Assembly (NCBI GenBank): GCA_964188305.1
Contig: OZ076894.1
Origin: Podarcis bocagei
Lineage: Eukaryota
Direction: 5' to 3' (one strand)
Length of the DNA: 64,000 nucleotides
The translations under genes and the position numbers were made by a program. Below are positions 1 to 12,216 of the stretch, piece after piece. A model generated the notes under the pieces. That model was given only the letters and a program-made list of their open reading frames with translations, had not been told where the DNA came from and did no database searches. Within the stretch, counting starts at the first letter, position 1. Each line of letters starts with the position of its first letter.

Positions 1-140
1 TCCCTGGGAACAGGGATTGAGTACTAAACCGCTCTGGGAATTGTAGCTCTGTGAGAGGGGAGAGGAGTCTCCTAACAGCTGGCAGCATCCTTAACAAACT
101 GAAGTCCCCAGGATTCGTTGGAGGGAAGCAATGACTCTTA

Positions 141-494
141 AAGGTAAAGGTAAAGGGATCCCTGATCATTAGGTCCAGTCGTGGCCGACTTTGGGGTTGC
201 GGCGCTCATCTCGCTTTATTGGCCGAGGGAGCCGGTGTACAGCTTCCGGGTCATGTGGCCAGCATGACTAAGCCACTTCTGGCAAACTAGAGCACCACAC
301 GGAAACGCCGTTTACCTTCCTACCAGAGCAGTACCTGTTTATCTACTTGCACTGGTGTGCTTTCGAACTGCTAGGTTGGCAGGAGCAGGGTCCAAACAAC
401 AGGAGGTCACACCATTGCGGGGATTCAAACCGCCAACCTTCTGATCTGCAAGTCCTAGGCTCTGTGGTTTAACCTACAGCGCGACCCGCGTCCC
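141..494 (-). mobile_element. Sauria (Squam1) SINE
   Basis: (AAAGGT)n tail on +, tRNA-like head at the right end; AATGACTCTTA duplicated at 130-140 and 501-511. Confidence 0.85.
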
Positions 495-798
495 TTACAA
501 AATGACTCTTACAAAGTGATATAATAGTGTTCCAAAGGTCTGGTGCTGGTTTGGCCAGGGATAAGTGCAAGGGGAGGGGTCACGAGATCTGTGTGCTCCT
601 CTCATTTCCACCCTCTGACCTTGCTAAGCCACTTCAAGTAGCCTGTGGCATGAGTAGGCGAGAAATTGCATGTGTAGAGAGGTGAGCAGCCTATTTTGGC
701 ATCTGGATAGGGAGAGCTGCCCTGCCAGCCAAGCTTCTGACTAGGCACCTGTGCTGTACCCTTGTATTGTCAATTTTTAGCCGCACCTCTTGCACTCA

Positions 799-799
<1 letters not shown>

Positions 800-852
<53 letters not shown>

Positions 853-977
853 TTATTATTTATACCCCGCCCATCTGGCTGAGTTTCCCCAGCCACTCTG
901 GGCGGCTCCCAATCAGTGTTAAAAACAGCACAGCGTTACATATTAAAAACTTCCCTGAACAGGGCTGCCTTAAGACG
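800..977 (-). mobile_element. L2-type LINE 3' end with (AAT)n tail
   Basis: Same 3' UTR as the copies at 4266 and 63521. Confidence 0.75.
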
Positions 978-1151
978 TACAATGGACGGGGCAGATACCG
1001 CGTTGGGAGAGCAGAGTTTCCAAAAGCCTTTATCCACTGGGGTTGGGGGCAGCGAAGAGAGCCAGTCTCTGATCTCATAGTACCTGAGAGTGAAATGGCA
1101 ATCTATATCGTATGCAACAGTTCTTTAAACTACTTTTCCACCTTCTTTTAG

Positions 1152-1203
1152 CCAAACAGGCAACATCAAAACCATGTTCCTCCCTGTGTTCTACGTAAAC
1201 GAG
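1152..1203 (+). CDS. SCARB2: SCARB2 third-last coding exon (52 nt)
   Basis: ttttag|C CAA ACA GGC...AAC GAG|gtaggc; QTGNIKTMFLPVFYVNE resembles human ETGDIRTMVFPVMYLNE. Confidence 0.92.
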
Positions 1204-4200
1204 GTAGGCGTTTTTGCAAAACAGCTTCTGCTGCTTTACCGCTAACCCAGCGTGTTGTGACAGGTGGAACTTAGCTGGGGGGGGGCTATATACTGCAAGG
1301 AGAATTGTTGGGGAATAATGTGGATTCTGAAATCTCAGAAGCTAGTGAAGCTGCAGAATAACCTTTACTTGAAGAGGGAGAGAATGCTTTAGTGAAGGGG
1401 TTAGCAAACTTTTTCAGCAGGGGGCCAGTCCACTGTGTCTCAGAACTTGTGGGGGGCTGGACTATATTTTGGAGGGAGAAAAAATAAATGAATTCCTGTG
1501 CCCCACAAATAACCCAGAGATGCATTTTAAATAAAAGGACACATTCTACTCATGTAAAAACACACTGATTCCCGGACCGTCTGCGGGCCAGATTGAGAAG
1601 GCGATTGGGCTGGATCCGGCCCCCGGGCCTTAGTTTGCCTACCCATGCTTTAGTGCATAGATCATTAGTCTTCCTTGCCTTGATTGCCAAAAACAGAATA
1701 AATATGACTTCGTCTACTTGCACGATTTGCATATGTTGTGGAATTCAGTGCCCTTTGTGTGGAATTTGCATTGCCTACGTGTGGAGCTTTACGAGGGTGG
1801 TGGTGGGTTACTGAACTTCCAGGAAGACCTCCCTCTGATGTTATTGTTATGTTACTCAGCATACAATTAGAGAGCAGTGCAGGGAAGGGAAGAACACGGC
1901 TGCAAAATTTGAACTCCCCTGCAACAGCAAAAATATATTGGGTGTGGTCCTGAGAACAGAAGACACTGAAAGGGTTCAGGGTATTAGCTTACAGATTTAG
2001 CTTAGGTTGCAGGGGCAAATTTACAAGCAAGAGAAGCTTGATGATTATGTAATTAGCATACCGCTTAATGCCAGGATAGTGTCTAAGTGGATCACAAAAC
2101 ATAAAAACCAATTGTGCAACATGGGTGTAATACAGATGGATTAGAAACGCACCGTCATTAAAATAAAAAAATGAAGCAATCTCAATAAAATGTTTATGTC
2201 CACGGGGAAAAAAGTACAAGTCTGCACAAATTACAAGGTATTTTACTTGCTGTAATTGAATGTGCCTTTCAAGCCGAATTTCCTTCTGGGAGGGATGGGG
2301 CAGTGGTGCCCTTTGAGTTTCAGTGCAGCCCATCCCATTAACACATTAATGCAGTGATTAAAACAGCAGACTCAGATCGATGGAATGTCTGTATGAGAAG
2401 GTTGCCTTCAAGAGCCGGCAGAATGCCCATGCAGATGAGGCCTTTCATATTTCAGCAGCGAGCTCATTCCACAGCACCAGTTGGAGACACAATCGAAATC
2501 AGCCTTCCCCAGTCTGCTTGCCCTCCCGACTTTTTTGACTACATCTGCCTTCAGCCCCACTCAGGCAGCATAGCAAGTCGGAAACATCTGGCAGGCAGCA
2601 TGTCAACAGAGGCTGATCTGAATCATATTTGACTAGAGTCGTGTGGATAACAGAATGAATCTATGCCTCTCTCCTCCCTGCCCCCTTTTTATCCTCCAGA
2701 GTGTCGTGCTGGACAAAGCATCCGTGGCAAAACTGAAGACTGTTCTTCTTGAAACTGCGGTGATGACCAGTGTCCCCTATATCATCATGGCACTAGGGAT
2801 TCTTTTTGGTGCTCTGTTTGTTGCGCTTGTCTGCAAGCCCTTACGGGCGAGGGAGGAGGTAAGGTAGCGCTTGGATCTGTCCTTTTCCCTTTGCTTTCTG
2901 TACCTCTCTTATTTTGTTCTTTTTTCATAAAAATCAAAACCTTTCCCTTTTTTAAAATTTCCTCTTGATTTTGACTTACTTCCTTCATGCAATCACCAGA
3001 AAGATTTTGTGTTTTTGTTTTATTCCTTTCTCTGTTGTCTTCCTTTTATTTGTTTCTTCCGAAATGCTGGTTCTAGGGCAGCGAAGGTTTAGTAGACACA
3101 GAGTAAGCACCTTTCCGCAAACGTTCAGCAGCTGTCTTAAGACACATGGTAAGATCAGCAAAGTCCATATCTCTTTCCTAATCCTCCTTCCTAGCTACAA
3201 TCCTTATTCACTAAGGAGAAACGGTTAGCTAGTGAACTCCAAAGTCTTAAGGTCTGTTTCACACATGTATGATGACCATCATTCATTGACGGTAATGACT
3301 TGCACATTTGCATGACTAATTAATTGCCAACGGTAGTTTTTTTCACATAGCCCAATATCAACTCAAACTGGGAATGGATGGATCAGTCAATATATTCCCC
3401 ATCTGTGGCAGTTTGCAATGCTCATCTTGTTCCCTTTTTGACTTAAAAAAAATCAATATGAAGATCACCTTTGTATACACATTTAAATACTTACTTTATC
3501 ACAAAATGTGTATTTTTCGCTCTGCGTGCAAGTGCATTTTGCCCTAAAGCACACATCTTTTGAGTCGAGAACTACAAACACATGCATGTGTGAACCAGCC
3601 TTAAGGTCAACACTCCTCGCTTGAAGGTCTTGGCAATCTCACTCCTGCAGCCCAAGCAAGGTTGGGACGTTTAGGCTGCGGTTCTTACCCCACTTACTAG
3701 GAGTGAGCCCCATTGAATTCAGCGGGGCTTAACTTCTGAGTCAACGTAGTTTGAATGGCACCGTTGCTTGGCTGATTAGTCAAGTCGCCATGTGAGCATG
3801 TGTGTGCTTGCGAGAGAAAGCGAGAGAAGGGGATGCCCTTCTTAAGGTGATGTCCATTCAGACATCTGTGTGCTGTGGGTCAGGGCCCTAGCTCAGTGGT
3901 AGAGTATTTGCCAGGTCCAGTCCCCATCATCCGTAGGTGCAACTGCCAGTCAGTGCAGACATTCCTGAGTTGGATGAACTGTTGGTCTGACTGCAAGAGG
4001 CAGCTTCCTGTGTTGCTGTGTTCCCCTATTGAATAAGAAAGCGAGCGTGGTCTTTTTCCCTAAGCTAGAAATACAGCTTTCCTCATGTGTGGATTTAATT
4101 CACTGACTAAAATTCTTCTAGTTCTACTGGCCATTGACTGAAATAAATAATATATAATCCTAATCCTGTAACACCTTAGCTAGATTTCTTTAGTCAGGAA

Positions 4201-6509
4201 GAGTCCTAGTTACTGTTTTCTTCTTTTATTTTTATATACATTTTCTTTCATTCCTCCTTCCCCATTAATAATAATAATAATAATTTATTATTTGTACCCC
4301 GCCCATCTGGCTGGGTCTCCCTAGTCACTCTGGGTGGCTTCCAGCAAAGATTAAAATACATTAAAATGTCACTCATTAAAAACTTCCCTAAACAGGGTTG
4401 CCTTCAGATGTCTTCTAAATGTCAGGTAGTTGTTTATCTCTTTGACATCTGATGGGAGGGCGTTCCACAGAGCGGGCGCCACTACCGAGAAGACCCTCTG
4501 CCTGGTTCCCTGTAGCTTTGCTTCTCGCAGCGAGGGAACCGCCAGAAGGCCCTCGGCGCTGGACCTCAGCATCCGGGCAGAACGATGGGGGTGGAGATGC
4601 TCCTTCAGGTATACTGGGCCAAGGCCATTTAGGGCTTTGAAGGTCAGCACCAACACTTTGAATTGTGCTTGGAAACGTCCTGGGAGCCAGTGTAGATCTT
4701 TCAGGACCAGTATTATATGGTCCCGGGGGCCACTCCCAGTCACCAGTCTAGCTGCCGCATTCTGGATTAGTTGTAGTTTCCGGGTCACCTTCAAAGGGAG
4801 CCCCACATAGAGCGCATTGCAGTAGTCCAAGCGGGCGATAACTAGAGCATACGAGGCTGATTGACCCAACGTCTCCTTGCAACCATCATGGGCTAAGTGA
4901 GAATGTGAACCCAAGTCTCCCCAGTCCAAGTTGAGTACTTTGGAGCCCACCCTAGTTTGAAAGTTGGCGGAGGGATACCAGAGCGCTCCAGGAGTCTTTT
5001 CCCCACTCTGCCTGTTGTGCGGACTTCGTTTCTGATCAGGTTCTTGCAACCGCAAAAGTGAACCTGCTTCTGTGTTGGTGTGCGCCATGCGGCTTTGCTT
5101 GAGGTGTCCATCACGGTGGTGGGTTTTGTCCAAAACGAGAGAGAGAGGAAACAAGCAAGGGGTGTTGTTCTGTTGCTGGCCGGACATCGGTTTCTCAGTT
5201 GAACCTAGAGGCAGCATTACCCGGTGGGATGGAGCTGCAATCACTTCCGCTTCCCAGAAGCAAGAGCGGAAAGCAGTGGGGAGGTCAGCACAGTGCAGGT
5301 GCGCCAGCGGAAACCCTGGGTTGGCTCCACCAGTGCTTTCGCAGAAAGCGGCAGCGATTCTGCTTCGCCAGGTGAACCCCTTCTGCCCTGCTTCTCCCTG
5401 TCCTTCTCACTCTGCTCCCCCCGGAAGCAATTTTACCTACTGCGCTTATGGGTTAACTAAGAGACTGCATGGAACAGGGGTTGCCAAGTCTTGTGGCCAT
5501 GGTGATGGGTTTCGGGGAGTGGGGGGTGGGTATTGCCAGTTGTTTACTTTTATGTAAGAATTTTCAGTATGCAAAATGTGTCGAGTTTTTTGGGGGGCGG
5601 GCAGGCAACAACAGCTGGTTCTTATCATAGGAATGTTGAGGGTACAATTCCCAATTTGTCGATTGGTCGGGGAGGCTGGAAGATTTGTCCTTAATTTGGA
5701 TCCAAGATACATTCGAGGGCAGTACACTTCATCTAATGGAAAGTCATGTGATCTTGACTTACTTTCAGATTTCTCGGTTCGATGGTGGAGATGAAAACTT
5801 CCCCGCATGTAGAAATCTGACATATGAGGGAGGAGGCTAGACTTAAAAGCCTGTCCCTGGTGTGCTAATTTTCCACAAGCAGGGAGATAATTGCTATAAC
5901 TGGATATTCAAATGTGTGGTACCACACCTCCAGTCTGAAATGGTACAGTCTTTAGAACATGGTACCATGTGATTTATCGGCCCCATTAAGATGCACAACT
6001 TTTCAAAGGAAAACCTCTGACCATGACATGACAGATATCTAAGGTCATTTCCCTAAAAGCCATATACATCATATCCCTAGTGTAATTTTCCAAATATATA
6101 TGCTTGGCAGGGGGTTGGACTCGATGGCCCTTGTGGTCTATTCCAACTCTATGATTCTATGATCTCTTAAGGCATATACATAACACAGACTTCAACTAGT
6201 ATAGTGAAATTCTCTGCCCCCCCCCCCCAATTGTAATTCTGCAAGTGGAGCCTGGGGATCTCTTAATACTCAGCACCCACCCTAAACTACAAGTCCCAGA
6301 ATTCTTTGCAGGAAGCTGTGACAGTTTTACAGGTATAAAACCAAGACACTTCTACAGTGTAAGGGAAGCACATGCTGTATTTGTCAGCCTTGGATTGCAG
6401 TATTGATACCTGTCAGGATAGCACCTTTCAGTTCTGTGTTTGTCTTTCCTGCCTGTCTTAATTGCAGGCTTCCGAAGACGAGAGAGCGCCGCTCATCCGG
6501 ACATCGTGA
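1152..6509 (+). CDS. SCARB2: SCARB2/LIMP-2 (lysosome membrane protein 2), 3' part: join(1152..1203,2700..2858,6468..6509); 5' exons lie outside the window
   Basis: Spliced translation QTGNIKTMFLPVFYVNE-SVVLDKASVAKLKTVLLETAVMTSVPYIIMALGILFGALFVALVCKPLRAREE-ASEDERAPLIRTS* matches the LIMP-2 C-terminus (TM2 PYIIMALG, dileucine-type ERAPLI); all junctions GT-AG and in frame. Confidence 0.96.
1395..1647. mobile_element. hAT-type MITE
   Basis: Perfect 8-bp TSD CTTTAGTG (1387-1394, 1648-1655); related copies at 48218-48535 and ~50150-50429. Confidence 0.85.
2700..2858 (+). CDS. SCARB2: SCARB2 penultimate coding exon (159 nt, second TM helix)
   Basis: ctccag|AGT GTC...GAG GAG|gtaagg; hydrophobic PYIIMALGILFGALFVALVC. 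Confidence 0.96.
3077..3148 (+). CDS. SCARB2: Candidate SCARB2 alternative cassette exon encoding GSEGLVDTE* (stop 3104-3106)
   Basis: Long pyrimidine tract with no AG in 3004-3074, ttctag| acceptor, donors GA|gtaagc (3102) and ATG|gtaaga (3148); in frame with the upstream exon; no transcript evidence available. Confidence 0.4.
4266..4850 (-). mobile_element. L2-type LINE 3' fragment (ORF2 C-terminus)
   Basis: RLDYCNALYVGLP...LQLIQNAAARLV...LHWLP...FSVVAPALWNALP; (AAT)n tail. Confidence 0.9.
6468..6509 (+). CDS. SCARB2: SCARB2 last coding exon (ASEDERAPLIRTS*)
   Basis: ttgcag|GCT TCC GAA GAC GAG AGA GCG CCG CTC ATC CGG ACA TCG TGA; [DE]xxxL[LI] sorting motif. Confidence 0.95.
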   Translation, partial: ASEDERAPLIRTS

Positions 6510-9500
6510 CTCAATTTCCCCAGCAACAACAAGAACAACACTTTTCAGAAACGAGCTTAGTGATGACTGAACTATGCAAGCTGCTCTTAACTGCAACCAC
6601 TACGCTGTACAACAGTCTCGACCGTCTCCCCTGCACACTAATATATGTTAACATTCTGTTTCGGGTTTTGCGGCATTCAGGAAGGCTTTGCTTTGTGAAA
6701 AGTGGACTGCTGTTTAAGAGCGGAGGTTGCGGTACTGCTTTTTCTAAAAAGCTGGAACAAAGGCAACTTCCATTGTCTTCCGAGATTGCAAAAAGCAGTG
6801 TTCTAATATCCCTGTGTGGCTATAGACACCTGCACTGGTGTTCTCCCATTGACTCCCATGGGACTGTAGTAGTGTAGGTATCTGTGGATCGGCCCCTTTT
6901 CTTTGCCTGTTTGGCGGGCCATAGGAGTTTGTGTCAGTTGCAATGGGTCCGTTTTTATTTATTAGAATCACTAGGTACAATCCCGTCCTTCAGTAACTTG
7001 ACTTGCTGCCAGCCTCTCTGACATACCAGGCATTTTAGTTTCCTCCTTGTGTCCATTTTCACATTGCACAGCTGGGAATGTTTTGTCGGTCTAGCTAGCT
7101 CATGATCTTGATCCTACGTTGCAAAGGGAGATCCCCAGCCTCCATCACATTTTTCGCGGGTATGGCTGCAAAACTAACACAGCCCACCATTGTACCATAC
7201 TGCTCTGCATCCATTGGATCGATTTTGGGGTGGTTCCCCATGAATGCATACCTGTGAAAGTGACCTGGAGCCGGTCTAGCAGCGCCACTTGGGAGTCACA
7301 GATACCTGGTCCAGTGGGCTATTTTAAAAACGTGTCCAGTTCAGCACCTTTTAGGTGAATTGGTGTGTCTTCCCACCGCCCGCCATGCAAATGTTTTCTA
7401 AAAGCTGGTCTGTGGATAGAAAATGTTCCCCGAGAGCCGGCTCTCAAGTATTTGATAAGGAACACTAAGGGAGTGCATTTGAATCAGCACACCTGTAAAG
7501 ATCACTGATTGCTCTTTTTCCATGGGCTGCCTAAAACTGGCAAAGACGCGGCCCTCTTGCATTCTCTGTGAGGTCTCCCTACAGACCAAACCAAGCCCTT
7601 GACATGCGACCTGGAAGGGGCTAGGAAATGGCAACGCTGTCCTTTTGCCCTCAACTCTGCCAGCAGGAGCCTCCATCACTGCAAAAATGCTGAAAGTGCA
7701 GGCAGGTAGAAGCAACCACCAACAGCATCCTTGCTGGCTGCAGCCAACCTTACACTGCCCTCCCAAAAAACCCAGGCATTTTGGAATGGGCAGAGAGAGC
7801 TGCCTTAGCTTGATCAGCTATTGGCAATGGACCTGATCTCTCTTGCCAAGCCAGCCTAGAGTTGGTGTAACAACAACTCGCAGCTTTTATTGCCATCCTG
7901 TTCTGCGGTGGCAGGAGGGCTCTGTATGCAGTGGTGGTTTTGCTGCTTGATTCAGCCCCGCTGCTCCCAGCCTGGAGTTGCAATTGCTTCCCTAGTTTCT
8001 TTAGACATAATCTCCGAATAAGCCAGTTTCTCAGATCTAGCAGCATGTAGCATTTTAAGAGACCTCTCAGTCAGAGGCATCTAGCTGTGCCAACCCTCCC
8101 TTCCTGTCTGCTTATCTGGAAAGAAACCTTTGAGCCTCCCTGAGTGTAAAAAGGCACAAACTCATATTGTGAGGTCTGGAAGAGGAAAGGGCTGCATCGC
8201 CTAATGGGGAGTTTATGGCACCTGAATCAGAAGCCTATGGAAAAAGAGCTGCAATGTTGTCTTGCACAGGTGTGCATACTGGAGAAGAAGGGAAGAGTTG
8301 GATTGCAAGCTACCTTCGCTGGAGAGAAGGTAGCTCCAACCACTAGGTCAAACCAACCTATGTTACCTAATGACCAGCTGAGCCTCTTCTGAGAGGCCCA
8401 GCTCATACTTAAATAGGTATAGCAAGCAACATAACCTGCCAGTGTTCTGTACACTTTTTCTTCCTTATGTAATCTGCATTGCTTCTGGCATTACCTAAAA
8501 TCTCATTCTGCCTGCTGACCAAATGCCCCATTACTATATTTAAAGATCTCTTATTGATTCTTCAAAGTAACATGATGTAACTATCTCCCCCCCCCCATCC
8601 AAACGGCCCATTATTGAGTTGATTGCATTTCCCCCTCCCATTGGAAAAGCAATTATTACCTGAAGCTGCAGTAAGAAGGCAGTTTCCCCATCTATTTTTG
8701 GAGTGGTTCTCAAGACACACAACTTTCTGTCATTCATAGTGTTCACTAAGAACAGTTACTCAATTTATTTTGGTTGTGCTGGTGCAGGAACCATAGAATA
8801 TGTTGCTGGAATTCCTTTTCTGGAGCAGCCGAAAGACCCATCTGGTCCACAGTTCCATTTCCAGCGGTGGTTTCACCAGTGGCCTTCCAGGTGTTGTCCA
8901 ACTCCTGATTTCATTAAAGACCTCAAGTCTATGTAGGAGAAAGAGATGATTCTCCCATTACTAGAACCTGAGAGTCATCTCATGGAAGGAAGCTGCCCCG
9001 TGGTTGGCCAATGGAGACTGCAGGCATTGCAGATTGATGTGCATCCTTAATTGTTTCCTTGGAAGCTTGTGCAAATTATTTCCCTCAGTACATTTACAAA
9101 ATTATAGCATGAACGTTTACACTTCCAGCAGTTGTCACACAGCATTGCTTAAAACAACTGGAAGGCAGCAGGGAGGCTGCTTGTATATATTTCTGAGGGT
9201 ACAAAGGAGCAAAAGATAACTTAGAACCATGAATAGTATTAGTATAGTATTATTTCTGATAGATGCGCCTCTACAGCTAGGTCATTGGCTCAGATCACCT
9301 TTCAGTGTTCATTTATACTTTAAAAGGAATTCCAAGTTCTGAAATTGCCCCTTTGATGCTGCCTCTCAGTCTTAGTATTATGGGGTTGAGTAGTGTTTAG
9401 GCCCTCCTAACAGTGCAAAGCCTCCCAGGCTGCTTAAGTTATGTTATGTGGTAGTTGGGAAAGATGGCACTCCAGGTTTTGCTTCACTACGACTCAACGT

Positions 9501-10563
9501 GATCCCAGATTATTAGCCATGGTGGCTGGTGCTGATGGGAGTTGGAGTCCAACAACTTCTGCAAGGCCACAGTCTCTCCTCCCTTGTTTATAGTGTCTGC
9601 TCAAGGCAGAGAGATTGCGCACAGTACTATCATGAGTGGCTAAAACGAGGGCTGTGCAATGTTTATAAAATACTGAGCAGCCCTCAGAAAAGTTCTTGTC
9701 CTGTGTCTCTAAATTTAGACAGAACCATGTATACAACAGGGTGGGCCAGCTGCTTGCTGTGAACGACTGAGTGAATGCAAAGTTAGTGAAAGAGCAAAAC
9801 TGAAAGTTCCAGGATCCTTTCCTATTTTTGGTTTGAGGGGTGGCGATATTTGTGGGCACTTTTATTTTTCTAGTTGTAGTGGAGACCGTTTGCTTCCCTG
9901 TTAAATAGTTCTGCTGCAAGAAATGTCCAACAGTCTCCTGAAGCTGTGGACAAGGAAGTTTGTCATCTTTCGACAGAGGAGCTCCTAGGGGACTTTGGGA
10001 TTTCCTGGAGCATAAATTCTCTTGTGGGCTGCGCTGACATAACTAATGGTTTGTAAGTGCTTATTTAAATTGCTCAGAGAGCTTCAGGTACAGAATATTT
10101 ATAAGACTGGTGTAAGCCAGGAAACCTGTATTAGGCCCATATATGATGTGGACCTAAGTTTTCCCAAGGCCACAACAATAGTTGATGACGAGTTTATCTT
10201 AACCATCACACTGTAGAAGCAGTAAAAGAGCCTACTATCAAATCTCTTCAGTAGTACTTCTCCATATTTAAAACATGTTTAGTGGTGCAGCCAGAAAATC
10301 TCTAGGGACATGTCAAAGTTGACAGCTTTTTAATGCAAAAAAGAGGAATCTAGTATCAAGAGACAAACTATGGAAAAGATTCAGCTCTTATTTGGGGCAA
10401 TTCTTTGTAGGTCAATCATGGTAGTTACTCCAAAGCAAAAAGAATGCCCTTTTTTGGTGGGGGGTATCTAACACTGACTCTTTACACTCAGCCCTGTTAG
10501 TAATGAACGAAGTGGACTGTTGTCATGTCAATGAACTGTTGTCATGTTAATGTGGAATATCAC

Positions 10564-10569
10564 ATTAAA
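10564..10569 (+). terminator. Candidate SCARB2 polyadenylation signal ATTAAA
   Basis: Ends a ~4 kb repeat-poor stretch after the stop; followed by T/GT-rich sequence; young TEs resume at 10749. Confidence 0.4.
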
Positions 10570-10748
10570 TGGCTTTTTTGTTTCATTGACTTTTCTCCTT
10601 ATTCTTGTAACTTGCATTTCTGAATATTTTTCTCCAAAGGAACATCTGTTTAGTTAGTGAATCTCCCTCTATGTAAAAAAAATGCCAACCAGGCCTGTTC
10701 TAGTTCTGCTGCTTCTGAGAGAAGACAGTAGGAAATCCTGTCCATTTA

Positions 10749-11248
10749 CAGTGGTACCTAGGATTACATACACTTCAGGTTACATACGCTTCAGGTTACA
10801 CACTCCGCTAACCCAGAAATAGTGCTTCAGGTTAAGAACTTTGCTTCAGGATAAGAACAGAAATCTTGTTCTGGCGGCGCGGCAGCAGCAGGAGGCCCCA
10901 TTAGCTAAAGTAGTGTTTCAGGTTAAGAACAGTTTCAGGTTAAGAACAGACTTCCGGAACGAATTAAGTACCGTATTTTTTGCTCTATAAGACTCACTTT
11001 TTCCCTCCTAAAAAGTAAGGGGAAATGTGTGTGCGTCTTATGGAGCGAATGCAGGCTGTGCAGCTATCCCAGAAGCCAGAACAGCAAGAGGGATCGCTGC
11101 TTTCCCTGTGCAGCGATCCCCCTTGTTCTGGCTTCTGAGATTCAGAATATATTTTTTCTTGTTTTCCTCCTCCAAAAACTAGGTGCGCCTTATGGTCTGG
11201 TGCGTCTTATAGAGCGAAAAATGTGGTGCTTAACTCGAGGTGCCACTG
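10749..11248. mobile_element. Tc1/pogo-type MITE family A with a family B MITE nested at 10971-11226
   Basis: TA|CAGTGGTACC...TGCCACTG|TA termini; inner element starts CCGTATTTTT at a TA. Confidence 0.85.
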
Positions 11249-11447
11249 TATATGCTTGGGCCAGGTGAGCAGATACATTCTTACCTGCCAGTTGTCCAGG
11301 TGACAAATGCTAAGACGAGCTGGACCAGATGCCTGTGGCAAGTCCATAAGCAGGAATGAATGCAGCCACACTCTGCCCATGGGTGATTCTCACAACTGGG
11401 ATTCAGAGACATGCTGCCTCTGACAGTGGAGGATAGAACATCTAGTA

Positions 11448-11738
11448 CAGTGGTGCCTCACAAGACGAAAAGAATCCATTCTGTGATTCTACTTCGTCTA
11501 GCGGTTTTTTCGTCTTGAGAAGCAAGCCCATTGACGGATTAGCAGCTTTTAGCGGTTTATCTGCTGATCGGATCAGCTGATAAGCGGCTTAGAAAAAGGG
11601 GGGAGGAAGGAAAAAAACCCAGCAGGAACTCACAAGACATTGTCGTCTTGCGAAGCAAGCCCATAGGAAATTTGTTTTGCAAAGCACCTCCAAAACGGAA
11701 AACGGAAAGCGAGTTTTCCGTCTTGCGGGGCACCACTG
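11448..11738. mobile_element. Tc1/pogo-type MITE family C
   Basis: TA|CAGTGGTGCCTC...GGCACCACTG|TA; related copies at 25303 and 34415. Confidence 0.85.
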
Positions 11739-12216
11739 TAGTTACTGATGATAGCCTTATCCTCCATGAATTTGTCTAATTCTCTCTTAAAATTATCAAA
11801 ATGGATTGCCATTGTTGCCTCTTGTAGGAGCAAATGCCATAGTTTAACTACTATGCGCCAGAGGCGAATTTAGGGCAGCAACGACCATTTCCATCGCTCT
11901 GGGCACAGAGCCTAAGAGTGTTGTAAGGTATCGCATTGAAGATGTACTCCACTAAGCATGACGGAAGGCAGGGGCACTGAATTTTGGCCTCGGGTGAGGC
12001 GCCATTGAAATTGGAAAGACCGAAGTCTGCCCTTGTACGCACCGTGTGCTTTCTAGCTGTCCCAGAGTTCTGGGTAGTCATTTCTCATTAGTATGGCCTA
12101 AAACATACTTTCTGCAATTTCCCTTGCCTCTGAAAAGGATCTTGGTATTATGGCTAGATTAAACGCAAAAAAGCTAAAGCAAAAGACCACAAAATCACTG
12201 AAATCACAATGAGGTA

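Noticed and set aside
762-1151. Poly-Asn ORF (also poly-Tyr at 41872 and (IY)n at 45297)
   Set aside because: Translations of (AAT)n and (TA)n microsatellites.
4369-5244. Longest ORF in the track (291 aa)
   Set aside because: Its C-terminal half is an L2 ORF2 remnant read through from unrelated intron sequence; not a host gene.
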